The notes beneath the pieces were generated by a model. The model worked only from the letters and a program-made list of their open reading frames with translations. It had not been told where the DNA came from and did no database searches. The position numbers and the translations under genes are program-made. Shown piece after piece: positions 13,218 through 24,992 of a stretch of DNA of 64,000 nucleotides (within the stretch, counting starts at the first letter, position 1; each line of letters begins with the position of its first letter). Source of the DNA: Psilocybe cubensis. Its lineage: Eukaryota. Location: positions 1,860,001 through 1,924,000 of the forward strand of contig CM039003.1 in the NCBI GenBank assembly GCA_017499595.2, given 5' to 3'.

Positions 13218-14391
13218 ATTCGTCTTCCCGCTGTCGATTCCCATCCTCTTGTCCACTTTGCTTTCGCCGCTATCGCTATGTCGTCGGGATCCGCTCCTTC
13301 GTCGTCTGCTTAATCTATTTGGCCTGCGGTTTTATGCATCATTCCTCACTTCTTCGTTGTTCTGCATTTTTGGCATCCCCTCCCCGACCTCTTTCACGAC
13401 GATGTCTTTTGTTTCACACGCATCTTGGACGATGTAATATCAGTTACTTGGTCTCTACTAACGTTTTTCGACGCCATTTTTGTTGTTTCGTATCCCACCG
13501 CGACGTTATCTACCAGCATCTCTCTTCATCTCGACTTCCGCTTTTTTTACGTTCTAAAAGTTTCGATTTTTTTCACCTCTGGATCACTTTTATTCCTTTG
13601 GAGGAGCTTCCTCTTTTCTCACTTTGATTATCTACCCCTTTTACCTTCTTAGCGAAACCCCTCCCCAAAAATCAACTCTTTCGCACTCGAATTTTTATCT
13701 CGTTCGATCTTCATTCATGTTTCACAGAAAGAAAAACACACGCATAAAATCCTATACAAAAAAATCTCTGTTTTCGACCTCTCAAATCTCTCTCTCTCTC
13801 TCTCCTCTATATCAGTATCAATCTCCCCGAGTCATTTTCTGTCAAATTTGTGCAACAGTTTTTTTATTTCTCTCCTCTCCTCTCTCTGTCTAGTCTGTTA
13901 ATACCCTTTACGATGTTTTTTTTTTTTTCGATTTTTGATGTTCGATTTTTCCTCACGAACGTTGTTTTTCGTTCTCGTGTTTCATTTCACGTTTTTATGA
14001 TGCTTCCTTTTTTACGTTTTTATGTTCCGTCTGGGTTACGTTCTGCGCACTTGTCGATGGTTCTGGTCATTTTCATTTTTTTTTTAATTTTTTCTGATGT
14101 CTTGTTTCTGTTTCTGGTATGATTATCATCACCGTGTACACGGCGGGACCTTCGCCACTGTTTTTTTGGCGTCGATCGGAGTTACAAATAAATACGTTTA
14201 GATTTACAAAATAAAACCAAATTTAATACTGAAAATTAGCATCCGTCGGCGATGTGTTTAGCCGCGTTAAAAATCACAAAATAACCAGTGCGTCAATGAG
14301 TCTCTGTTTTATAGCTTCAAATCCACTTCCTTACCACAGTCGTGTTCTGATTCTTTTTTTTTGTGGCAGCTAATTTGACGGCAGCCTAATA

Positions 14392-17300
14392 ATGGTCTTC
14401 GGCATTGACCCTGCTGGTTAGTGACATCACTCTCGGTCCACCTTACTACTCGGCTGAATTAAGAATAGTCGTTCAACGACAAGTTGTACACGGTCAAACA
14501 CTCTATTATTGCCGGGTCTGTCAAGATACAAAAGGTCGCCAAAAACACCACCTCAATGAGCACTTCAACACCACAAAACACCAAACAGCTCTGCAGGCAT
14601 TTCATACCAAAGAGAAATCCTCTGCTTCTTCACAAACCTCGTTGCCACCGGTTAACAAGTCCCTTTTGTTAGAGGACGCCTTACGTGCAATTCTTGTGTC
14701 TGCATCTCGTCAACCACACCAGCCTTTGTATCCTGCCAATGACCCTCGCCTTTCTAGGGTCTCGGCTGCACCTTCTTCAACCACTTTGTCGACGGTCTCT
14801 CCACTCACCAGGATTGACTGGAATCTATTCAACGATGATGAAATTATGTCGGATCCATCTCCCATCGACTTTGCGTCTGCCCAAATATGTCAAGCTACTC
14901 TGGATTTTCTAAATTCTAATAACGAGAGTGATGGATCTGATGATGGTGGTGGCAGTCCTCCGCTTTCTGAGAGTAGCAATGAGCAAGCCAATTCAGGTGT
15001 GTAACGTCTAAATAGCGCATATTGTTTGAGTCCTTAACTTTTAATCAGACACTGAACAAGTTGATAATGAATCTTTGCCCCGAAAACGTATGCGCGGTAT
15101 TCACACCGACCCGGCTGAAGCTCGAAAATGGTATCTGTGGATTGATAAAATTGTGAGTCTTTGCCTGCCATCGGTTAGATTTTCTGCTCAATCAATAAAT
15201 CAGACTTGTTCTCTTGATGTTTTGATGCACCTTCCACGATCACTATTTTCACGTCGTCAGCTGGATTTATTTCTCTGGCTACTGCGTATCAATGGCGTCA
15301 ACGATGTGCCTAGCGTTAAGGCTATGCAAGGCATTAACAAGGCATTGCAGAATTTGTGTGGAATTGAGACGAAGGAGTACAAGGGCAAGCTGGGCAATGT
15401 ATACTTTGTAAATTCTCTGTCTCAAATTCTTGCCCAGGTATGAATCTATATGTTACAAATGAATACTTTTGATTTCTAACCAATCTGAATAGGAAATGTC
15501 TAATCCTCAAGTCCGACCGTTCCTTTACTTCTATCCTGAAGATACGGGCAAATCGATTAGCGAAACCTATCAAGCTTCGGGTTGGCTGCGTGAAATCAAT
15601 CCTGAGGATGGTACTCCAATGATACGGCTCAATAATAATGATTTTTTCATCTTTGAACCAACTATGCTGATTGATGGACGTTGCTGCATTCCTATTCAAT
15701 GGTTTCTCCGAGAAGGTGTATTTTATGCCAAAGCCTGGCTTATGGAAGATACTCCTAGTGGTTGGGTTGTGTCCGAAGATCGCGAAATCAAAATCACGCA
15801 AAGCCAATTGCTAAAGAATTTTATTCAGTTGTCAAAGGATCACTTGTTGTATAACTTGTCACACCCTTCACGAATATTTGGTATGGACTATATTTTATAT
15901 ATTTTATTCAATTTCTTATAAGTAAACAGGTGTGCGATCCATTCGGGGCCTGGGCTGTCGAAATGGACACGTACAGATCCTACTATTGGCAATCGTTGGC
16001 GTGTATTAGCAAAGGGATACCGAGTCTATTCTCTGCCGCTATGGATGTACTGTGACGATACGTCGGGAAACCAGTCCAAGAAGTGGAATAAGCACAACAG
16101 CTACCTATTTATTCTAGCTGGTCTTCCTCGCAAAAAGAGTTCACAAGAATACAATATCCATTTTCTATGCACTTCAGATATTGCGCCACCTCTAGAAATG
16201 CTTGATGGTGTGGTTGATCAACTTCAGTAAGTTGTCACTATCTTATATTTGCTGCACATATTCTAATCATTTTAACTTTAGATTGGCTCAAAAACATGGT
16301 ATTTGGGTATGGGACTGTATACACAAAGAGGCCGTTATGATTTTTCCACCTGTATTTGCACTTCTGGGTGACAACCCTATGCATAGCGAGTTTGCTTGTC
16401 ATATTGGAATGCAAGGGAAATATTTTTGCCAGATTTGCTGGGCCAAAGGAGTTGACAGTCAAGAATGCCCACACAAAAATCTTCCACATGACAGTTGTGC
16501 TCGACCCAACTTTCCTACCCTTTCAATCCATAGTGATGTTGATTCTGAAGATACCTTCACACGGCCTTCTCACAAACGGCGGAGGTACAAGGAGTCTATG
16601 GAGTCAATGCTTCGAAGGGTTAGTGATTTTATAAAGGTGCGTAAAAGTTGTTTTATAACAATTTATATTTTAATCACCTTTGATTCTAAGATTGGCAAAC
16701 CGCGTCGCAAGAAAGAGACTATGGCTACTCTTGACTCTTTTTTGGAGCAAGCTAAGATGATTGGCACAAAATCAAAACTTAGAGCTGCAAAAACGGAAAC
16801 TGGCATCAAGGATGTTTTCCAGGACTTCTTTATTGAAAAGCTTTTCAAATCTTATAAGGGAAAAGTTTCTACTCAGGCAAAGGAAAAAGCTCTTAAAGCG
16901 GCTGTCGATAAGCTTCCTGGAGACATCAAAAGTCCCGTATGGAAACTTGGTGCGATTGAAATATTTTGCTTTAATTTACTAGCTAAATCTATATTCCAGG
17001 CTTGGATCCTCATCAGGACACTCCCGTCAAAATTCTGCATGTTGTATTGCTGGGTTTCGTTAAATATTTTTGGAGAGACCTAGTTCAAAATCAGGTTACT
17101 CCTGCTAAAAAGCAAACTTTGATTATTCGTTTAAACAGCCTCAGTGTGGCAGGTCTAGGTATACCCACATTAAATGGCTCCACACTAGTGAACTATGCCG
17201 GGTCACTAACTGGTCGCGATTTCCGAATTATTGCTCAAGTAGCGCCATTTGTCATCTACAACATGGTTTCTCAGGAGGTTTATGATGCATGGGTGTCCCT

Positions 17301-18806
17301 ATCTACGTTAGTTCCAGTTATTTGGCAGCCAGCAATCTCTAACATTGATGAGTACCTGGTGCGTCTTCATTGTGTCTTTCTTTAAATTGTTTTATTAAAT
17401 TAAATCATGTTTTAGCCCAGATTAGAGGCCGACATCAAATACTTTTTGTTGAAAACGGCAACATGGACCTGCGCGTGGTTTAACAAAACCAAATTTCACA
17501 TTATTCTTCATCTTCCAGAACATGTCCGTCGGTTTGGGCCAGCAATATTGTTTGCCACGGAATCGTTTGAGTCATTCAATGCTATTATCCGTGCAAAAAG
17601 CATTCACAGTAATCACCAAGCACCTTCACATGATATTGCCCGTGGCTTTGCGCAAGGCAATCGGATTCGCCATCTTCTTAGTGGTGGTTTTTTTCTTCCA
17701 CAAGAGCTTTATCAGTCTTGGAAAAAGGATCCAACAAATGTGGCTAATTCAGAGTGGCGCACTGCTGGACCTGGAGGTCTTCACCTTATTGATGCTCCAG
17801 ACTCAACACCAGCTAGCTATTTGGGACTGCAGAAACCTGCTGCCAGTAAGGCTGGTAAGTTATATTTACAAATCTATACTACTAGTGAGCGGTCTAATGC
17901 AATGGCCTAGGTTCATGCAAATCTAATGGCACAGATCCTCAACCATTTCATCGCACATTATGTGGCCAAAAGCTTCCCAACATTGTGCTCAATACTGCAG
18001 CCAGCCAACAACTGTATGTAACCAATTCCCAGGTCTATCTGAGAAACGAGGATCTATGCACCATAGGACAGTTTGTCATTGCCCAAATTCATCCATCCCA
18101 GCCGCCTCTGATAGGGTGTGTTCGAGAGATCTTGCAGCAGGTTGGCTCTCCAAACCATCTTCAAAACCGGCCCGATGGTATTCTTATTCAAACAGCTTTA
18201 CACCAACCGCCGTCGCACATATTGCCTGCTGGACAACTGCAGCCAGTTTTTATGCTCCGTCTGATTCTTCAGCAGGAATGGTCCTTCATTCCGTGGAGTT
18301 GCCTTCTTTGCACCGTAAATACTCAACATGACTGTCAACGTCATGGATGCCAGGCAAATGGGCTACAATACATCTATCAAGAGCAAATACAAACTGATCA
18401 GACTAAGGCAACAATACTGCATCAAAACTCATTGGATGATATGCTCCTCCTCAATATGTGTCAAATGCGCGATGCTGCTCATCTCCAAAGTTTTCACCTC
18501 CACTCTGCCCCGTTAAACGAAGATGCTATAATTCAAAGAAGTGTGGCTCAAGCCATTGTTCAACGGAAGGTAGGAGAAGCCTCCCAATCAAGTACTTCCA
18601 AACCAACCAAAACACCAACAGCCGCCTTGAGACAACATGCCCAGAGCCCCTTGGGCACCCCTACTCTAGCAGCCACACCTTCTGGGGGTGTCAGTTTGCC
18701 TCAACATGCTTCAGCAGGAACATCTTCTGGAGGTGTTAGTTCACCTCGACGTAGCAGGCAAGCATCTGTGGTATATCCAGGTCAAATAACATTGGACTTT
18801 CGATAG
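14392..18806 (+). CDS. Multi-exon DDE-type transposase (CMC/CACTA-EnSpm/Plavaka-related) with N-terminal C2H2-like Zn finger
   Basis: ATG 14392 splices to VVQRQ...YYCRVC...H..TTKH. Conserved motifs: YCDDTSGNQSKKWNKH, GDNPMHSEFACH...FCQIC, DTPVKILHVVLLGFVKYFWRD, LTGRDFR, KFHIILHLPEHVRRFGPAILFATESFESFNAIIR, VNTQHDC. Possible frameshift near 15930. Confidence 0.85.
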
Positions 18807-18859
18807 AAGTAAAACCATACTGTATTTATTTACTAGAATTCTACAAGAAGAATAGCAGA

Positions 18860-21005
18860 TCAAACTTGTCCAGAGACCTCAAACGCAGCTTTTGAAATAA
18901 GATCTTGTAAGGTGCACAACATGCCCAACCCCCTCTTCCATCGTGTTGGCCTAAGCTCCATTTGCTCTTGATAAAGCTTGGGGTTTGTACGTTTTAACTC
19001 CTTCTCGGTGCGGTAGCCATAATCAACCCATCTAAACAGGCCACCTGAAGCATACTGAGTAAAGGAAGCACGCTCCTCTCCGTGTTCAATGCTGGTGTTT
19101 GAATGTTCTAGGACGGCGGACAGCATAAGGATGGTAGATCCTGCAGGGAACTCAATGGCCACTTTCAGGCCCCACACCACAAAGTGACCACCCTTTTTGG
19201 CATTGAATTTCCCTAAAGACTGGATGGCGCACCAGCCATATGGACAGTTTTTGATATCAAAATGCGGGATGGTGCAAACCACAGACCCTAGGTTGAAGGT
19301 GGCCGCCGGAAATATGCTGCGGCGAAACAGTCGGACTAGCGTGGAGTCATTGGCGAATATCTTATCCATGTACAACTTATAGTGGTTGTACACTTTAGGG
19401 CTCCATGTAGCAAATGCACCTGTGGATGTGTTTAAAAACAGGTTCACAAAACAGGCATAGGAGTCACTTACTGCTGGCAAAACTGGCCATTTGTTGAATG
19501 CTTTCCGACTGCAAGAGCTTGGCAGTGATTTTGGGATGGCGCTGGACGCGGTTGAGTGGAGAGTGTGTCCCTACACCGTGTGTAACGCCGATGTTGAGTG
19601 CGGGATAATGACCACGATTTTCTGAATAGTCTTTGTGTGTAAACACTGTGGTGTGTCCGGCCTCCCTCAGTAGATCAAATGCTTCCTCCGTGGCACGTTC
19701 GTATGCAGGGTCCTTAGGACGGCCTGCCAGAACCATAAAAATACGTCCGTCTTCAGAAACAAACGGGACGGGGGTGCTATAGTGCATTAGCTTTAACTCC
19801 ATCAAACTGAACAGATCAGAAGAGTTGTAACTCACCATCTATCCCAAGGTATAATGCGGAACCCAAGGGCCTTGATGGCATCCAAGCTATATAGGTGACT
19901 TTTGTGGGGTTTTGTTGGTTTAGCACCATAGGCGCCTTGCGTGGCAGGCAAAGTGTCAAGCTTGACGTTGAGAGCCTCTGGCTGGCAGCTGGGAAGCATG
20001 CTTAAAAGACTGGGTTTTGGTGTGTGTCCGTGCTTATTGTATTGTAACGTCCGCTGATACTTGCGGCTGCGATGACTGTTGGAAAGCCCATTGTATGGCC
20101 TTTTCAGGCTGGCGGTTTGCACGGATGGGTCTCGCTGAGGTAACGAAAGCGAAAGCTTGGTCGACGATTGCGAAGGTACAATCGGCGGTGTCAACATATT
20201 GTCAACCGATGGTGTCAACGCATCGTGGGCTGACAGCATCGACTCGCGGGTTGACGGGGTCGACGCGTTGTGGGCTGACGTCGTCGATTCGCGGGTTGAC
20301 GGGATCGACACATCGTGGGCTGACGTCGTCGATTCGCGGGTTGACGGGGTCGACGCGTTATGGACTGACAGCATCGACTCGCGGGTTGACGGGGTCGACG
20401 CGTTGTGGGCTGACGTCGTCGATTCACGGGTTGACGGGATCGACACGTCGTGGGCTGACGTCGTCGATTCGCGGGTTGATGGGGTCGACGCGTTATAGAC
20501 TGACAGCATCGACTCGCGGGTTGACAGGGTCGACGCGTTGTGGGCTGACAGCATCGACTCGCAGGTTGACGGGGTCGATGCGTTGTGGGCTGACGTCGTC
20601 GATTCGCGGGTTGACGGCGTTGACACGTCGTGGATCGACGTCATCGATTCACGGGTTGACGGGGTCGACACGTCGTGGATCAACGCCGTCGGCGTCGACG
20701 TATTGTTCGTAAACTGCATCCAGGTATCGTCCGTCGACCGATTCTTTGACGCATCGTGGATCGACGGCGTCCAGATGTTGTGAACGGATGGCGTCGACGT
20801 ATCGTCGGTCGATGGAATCAAGACATCTATTGACAAGTACGTGAATGGGCAGATGACGAGTAGGCAAACATGGTGACTCACCTTGATCTAGATCTAACAA
20901 GTCTGTGTCCTCCCTTGCATCTGCTGCCCGCCAGGCAGAGATCAAGTCAAAAGCCAACGGATCCTCCCATACCTCAGGCTGACACTGGGCATACACCCTC
21001 CCAGA
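18860..21005 (-). CDS. TET/JBP-family 2-oxoglutarate/Fe(II) dioxygenase (fungal transposon-associated TET)
   Basis: Exons ~21005-20882, 20826-19836, 19776-19472 and 19419-18860 splice in frame through canonical GT-AG introns. Catalytic signature: TIPHFD (HxD), GKFNAKKGGH, EFPAGS, LEHSN (distal His) and ERASFTQY (2OG-binding Arg). True start uncertain. Confidence 0.88.
20210..20690. repeat. 45-bp CpG-rich tandem repeat (~10-11 units) inside the TET exon, encoding a 15-aa Ser/Thr unit (TPSTRESTTSAHNAS)
   Basis: The ttgac/ttgat anchor recurs every 45 bp at 20251, 20296, 20341 ... 20656. Confidence 0.95.
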
Positions 21006-21342
21006 TCATGTCTGCTTGAACAGATTTCCGATTTAAAACTTGGTATATGCATAGAAAAGTTTCCAAGGACGTACCGTATAGCGCGCCTATTGGCAGGCCG
21101 ACATCTGTGCATGCAAAAACCAACGGTGAGCAGGGTTCTTGCAATCATGACACGCCCCAGCTCCTGCGTTGGCTGGCAGTTTGACAGACCCGGTCCAGGG
21201 GTGATCCCTCGCCTGGCAAGCCTCTAACCAACGCGAGAGCTGGGCCCTGTCGCGTTTCTGATATACGAACGTTTGCTTACCGGTGGGACGGGTATTTATA
21301 CGAACGCGAATGAGGGGAATGTTGAACCTCATTAAACAGATC

Positions 21343-21384
21343 AGGGGTCAGGTGATAGGGGTCAGGTGATAGGGGTCAGGTGAC
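21343..21384. repeat. 14-bp tandem repeat x3 (aggggtcaggtgat) upstream of the TET gene
   Basis: aggggtcaggtgat aggggtcaggtgat aggggtcaggtgac read directly from the sequence. Confidence 0.85.
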
Positions 21385-21595
21385 GTAGGTGGACGCGTTG
21401 CACCCGCGACACACTTCAACTGCTTTGACCTCAGAACACCTGGTAATACGTCAGTCCGCTACAAACACAAACACCGCAGAGTAATGCAGGTCTCAGGAAT
21501 ACTACCCAGGTGCGTTATATTTCATGCATCCCTTTTGTAAGGCCAAATTGACAATATAGTATTGAAAGTGCTGCAGATTCTATTTCACAAACCGT

Positions 21596-22499
21596 CTAAA
21601 CAATAGCAATGGGATTGTCAGACTGCAAAGGCTGAGGAGGAATGTAAACCGGTACGTTAATGCCATGGGACGTCAACGCTGCTTTCAGCTGTTGGCTCCA
21701 ATGCCTCTCTTCTACCAGCATAATTGCTGTGTTGTGTTCCTGTCTGACATATGTCCTCAACTGCTCTTCTAGACCCTCCACCACCAACGTCAGGTATGCA
21801 GAGCGTTGTTTGGAATTCTTCACAGACCTAACCAAGTTTTTTACCGCCTTTTTAGTTGACTGGGCCTCCTGGCGTGCTGCGGCAAGGTCCAACCATGCCG
21901 TTCAAAGCTGATTCTTATAGGCCACAGCTTCTCTTGTTGCCTCGATGGCTATTTCACGCCAAACAGTAATCTCTGCCTCCAGATCGCGTCGGGAACGTGG
22001 ATAGGCCCTGTTCAAGCTGATTGTGGTTTTGTTGCGGGGAACCTTGGAGGAATGGTCTAATAAAGTGGATGTGAGTGGTCTCAACCTTTCACAGCAATAC
22101 TGTCAACTTATGAAACGCACCATTCTTTTCAGGCATTTTGGATACAACCGGCTGGTCTTCGAGATCGCTTTGGCACGTTGATCCAGGGGTATCACCTAGT
22201 TGAGTTTGGATGGTGTAAGTTCAAGTGCATTCGTGATAAGATTCTATTTACCAAGGCCGTAAAAACTGTAGTTGGGCAGACCATCAGTAACGTCAAGCCC
22301 TACGGGTGGGAGGTCAGGGTAGGTTATGCTGAGGTTTAACAAGGTTTGTTTACTGACCTGCATTCAGAGTTGACAGGTACTTTTTAGGTGCCTCATCGTC
22401 TTCATCTTGGTTGTGCTTCCTGAAACTTTTTTTTGGCGATGGAGTCTTAGGCGACAGCAGGCGGGATGGTAGACAATTGTCAAGAGTGTTGGTAGACAT
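21596..22499 (-). pseudogene. Transposon cargo gene 3: small multi-exon coiled-coil protein interrupted by an in-frame TGA
   Basis: ATG 22499 (MSTNTLDN...) with introns. The last exon ...EAVAYKNQL*TAWLDLAAARQEAQ... continues in the same frame after the TGA at 21904-21902. Confidence 0.6.
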
Positions 22500-22649
22500 G
22501 TTGAGCGGTTCAAGATAACGAAACCACACAAATATCAGACTGATGGTTAAGGGAGTGAGAGAGTGAGACAAAAGGTGAGCAAACCTTTGGAATAACTTTG
22601 ACGCCTCCTTTTTATGTGACGCATAGGTTTGTTGTTGTTGATGTGACAC

Positions 22650-22710
22650 GACGCGAATTGTTGATTGACCTCGAACGCGACGCGAATTGTTGATTGACCT
22701 CAAACGCGAT
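22650..22710. repeat. ~30-bp tandem duplication in the divergent intergenic region between cargo genes 3 and 4
   Basis: gacgcgaattgttgattgacctc(g/a)aacgc occurs twice in tandem. Confidence 0.8.
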
Positions 22711-22899
22711 GTGATTCGTTTGTTGTGGCAAACATGGCAAATCAAACTTGGGGTATAAAAGCAAGGTAAGAGATGTTTGCTTGATTCTGAATCCACAATG
22801 TCTCATTCTTCGATTGACCCAGCTTTTGCATCACAGCCTGTTTCTCGTGACGTGGACCGCCCAACTGGTACATAGCTGTTTATTGACAACCTGGTTCAC

Positions 22900-24357
22900 C
22901 GATTCAACCTCACAAGCAACCACAGTGCAGATCTCACTTTTCTTTATCAGGTAAACTTGTTTTTTACATAACGCCTACATCAAACTGCTTCTAACTCGTA
23001 AACCCGCAGATCTGTACAGCCGTGCCTGAAGAGCAACCTCCTTAGACCGAAGTGATAAGTCGAATCATGATGTTGGCCTGCCAGTTTGGGGCCGAAGTTC
23101 GTCTGCATAAAGCACTGACTGCCACGCAAACACATCTACAAGGACTCGGGCAGCTGAGCAGTTTTTTGGCTGATTATGAGCTGCAAAAAGATGAGAACTT
23201 TGTGTTATCAAATGCACAAAAGGTGAGTCATTGTTTGCCTTTATGAACACGGTGGTCTGAGCCAGCTTTTAGATGGCCATTAAATCAACCTGTATCAAAG
23301 AGCTTCTAAAGCCCTCTAGACAGTCCTTTAAGACGCTTCACATCGATGTTGAGGTGCGTTCTTTTCACTTTAATTGGCGGTCTAAAACAAATGCATTTGC
23401 AGGCAAAGATGAAAAAAAAGCCCGCAGACAATTACCTTGACAACATCCTGAATCGGCTGGGACGTGAGGCCAAATGGATGGCGCATATACAAACCGTTTG
23501 TACAATTCAGAGAAACACGCTTCGAAAAGAGGTGTGTGGTTGTCCGGTTTACCATATGCCGTGTACTGATGTGTGAAATTAAAGATCATACAAAGCATAA
23601 CTCCAGGCCCAAAGTTTACTTCTGTGCAAGAATTTGCGGCGGGCCTCATTGTGAAATATTGTCTGCCTACGTCAGAGTCTGGTGCAAATTCCAATACAGC
23701 TTACCTCTCAAAACATGTGTTATTGGTGTGTCTTCAATATTTCTGATTCAAAAAGTTTCACTAACGTGGCAATGTAAAGTGGCGGTTTTTCTGGGACCAT
23801 TCATCTATGTTTTCGGCCTTTGAACTTGAGAAGGATGACAACAACTCAGAAGAGGAGAACAATGACCAGGATTTTGGAACACCAAGCACCGACAACTCTA
23901 GCGATTCGGGTCATTCTGCTACCAAAAACGTAAATTGCAAAAAACAAACATTCCCGCTGGGAAAACTCGCGGTCGGGTGGCTGATGGCGAAGACTATTGG
24001 TCCAAAGTTGATCAATGGCTCAAGAGGCTTGACGATGAGCTGGGAGATAATACAGCTGAGTTGAAACAGTCCGAGTTTTCTCTTGTATTCTCAATGAGTT
24101 ATGCTAAGCTTGTGAATAGATTTATTGCTGAATGTCTGGAGATGGACTCTCTCAGGACCAATAAAGGCTTAGATTTCTCAAGCCACCCTTCCGAGCGCTC
24201 TTTTACCAGCCCTAGCGATGTCACATCCGACCCACAACCCACCACTATACAGTCCTTTCCTTCCAATTCTTCTTCGAGGCTGCCTGAACCTCATTTAAAT
24301 TTTGGTAATGCAATTGCTCAATTATTTAGTGGTCCTTCAACAGGTAGACCTTTTTAG
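22900..24357 (+). CDS. Transposon cargo gene 4: multi-exon hypothetical protein, probably frameshifted near 23925
   Basis: Exons separated by GT-AG introns (~22951, 23223, 23354, 23532, 23727, 24069). Contains an acidic stretch and GKTRGRVADGEDYWSKVDQWL. Start not determined. Confidence 0.55.
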
Positions 24358-24836
24358 CCACTAGACTCCACTACAATATAGTTATTAATTATGCGGAAAT
24401 GTATGTGTAAACGCAACTAAATCTGAAGTTGATGTTGAGAACATGTAGCCCCTAATATTCAGTTTGCTAGTGTTTGGCACCGGTGATCATTTGATCAACA
24501 GCAACGAGTTATCGCTTTCATCTTTTCCTCCATGATCTCGCACAGCGGCACCGTGTTTTCCGCCGTGCATTGTTAAGAGATCCAGCCCTTTCATGTACTA
24601 AAAGCCATGCACTGGAAAGATCCAGATTCCCAATATGTGGGAACGCGTTGAGCGGCATGGTTGGGCATAGTTTTTTTTTGGTGACTGACATTTGATTTGT
24701 AGATCGCACACTGGTGCAAGAACCTGCTTATTGCTGAGTATTTTTAGACAGCTATCCATGGCGAAAATTACTTATTTTAACACCACAGGTTCAAGAATAT
24801 GTGCTTTGAAGTTTGACAAGGTCCAAGAACACCATT

Positions 24837-24992
24837 GCCGGAATCGATAGCCATCGTTGACACCATAGTTTGGCTCTGGAGAATGGGTGATAGTTGGATG
24901 CGCAACACAACATCGTCAACGCCATAGCCGGAATCGATCGCCATTGTCGACACCATAGTTTGGCTCTGTGGAATGGGTATTTGTGGATGCAA
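24837..24992. repeat. Direct repeat with 90-bp period (2 imperfect copies) near the right end of the element
   Basis: gccggaatcgat.gccat.gt.gacaccatagtttggctctg occurs at 24837 and 24927, each followed by gaatgggt...tggatgc. Confidence 0.8.

Noticed and set aside
9466-13256. Long antisense ORFs (9466-10509, 11052-11750, 11757-12872 and others)
   Set aside because: Shadows of GC-rich sense genes with no independent motifs.
20210-20690. CRISPR-like array
   Set aside because: Units are head-to-tail with no unique spacers, lie in frame in a eukaryotic exon, and no cas genes are present.
20017-20996. Alternative-frame repeat ORFs (231, 113 and 115 aa)
   Set aside because: They result from the stop-poor 45-bp repeat. 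Only the frame that splices into the TET catalytic exons is supported.
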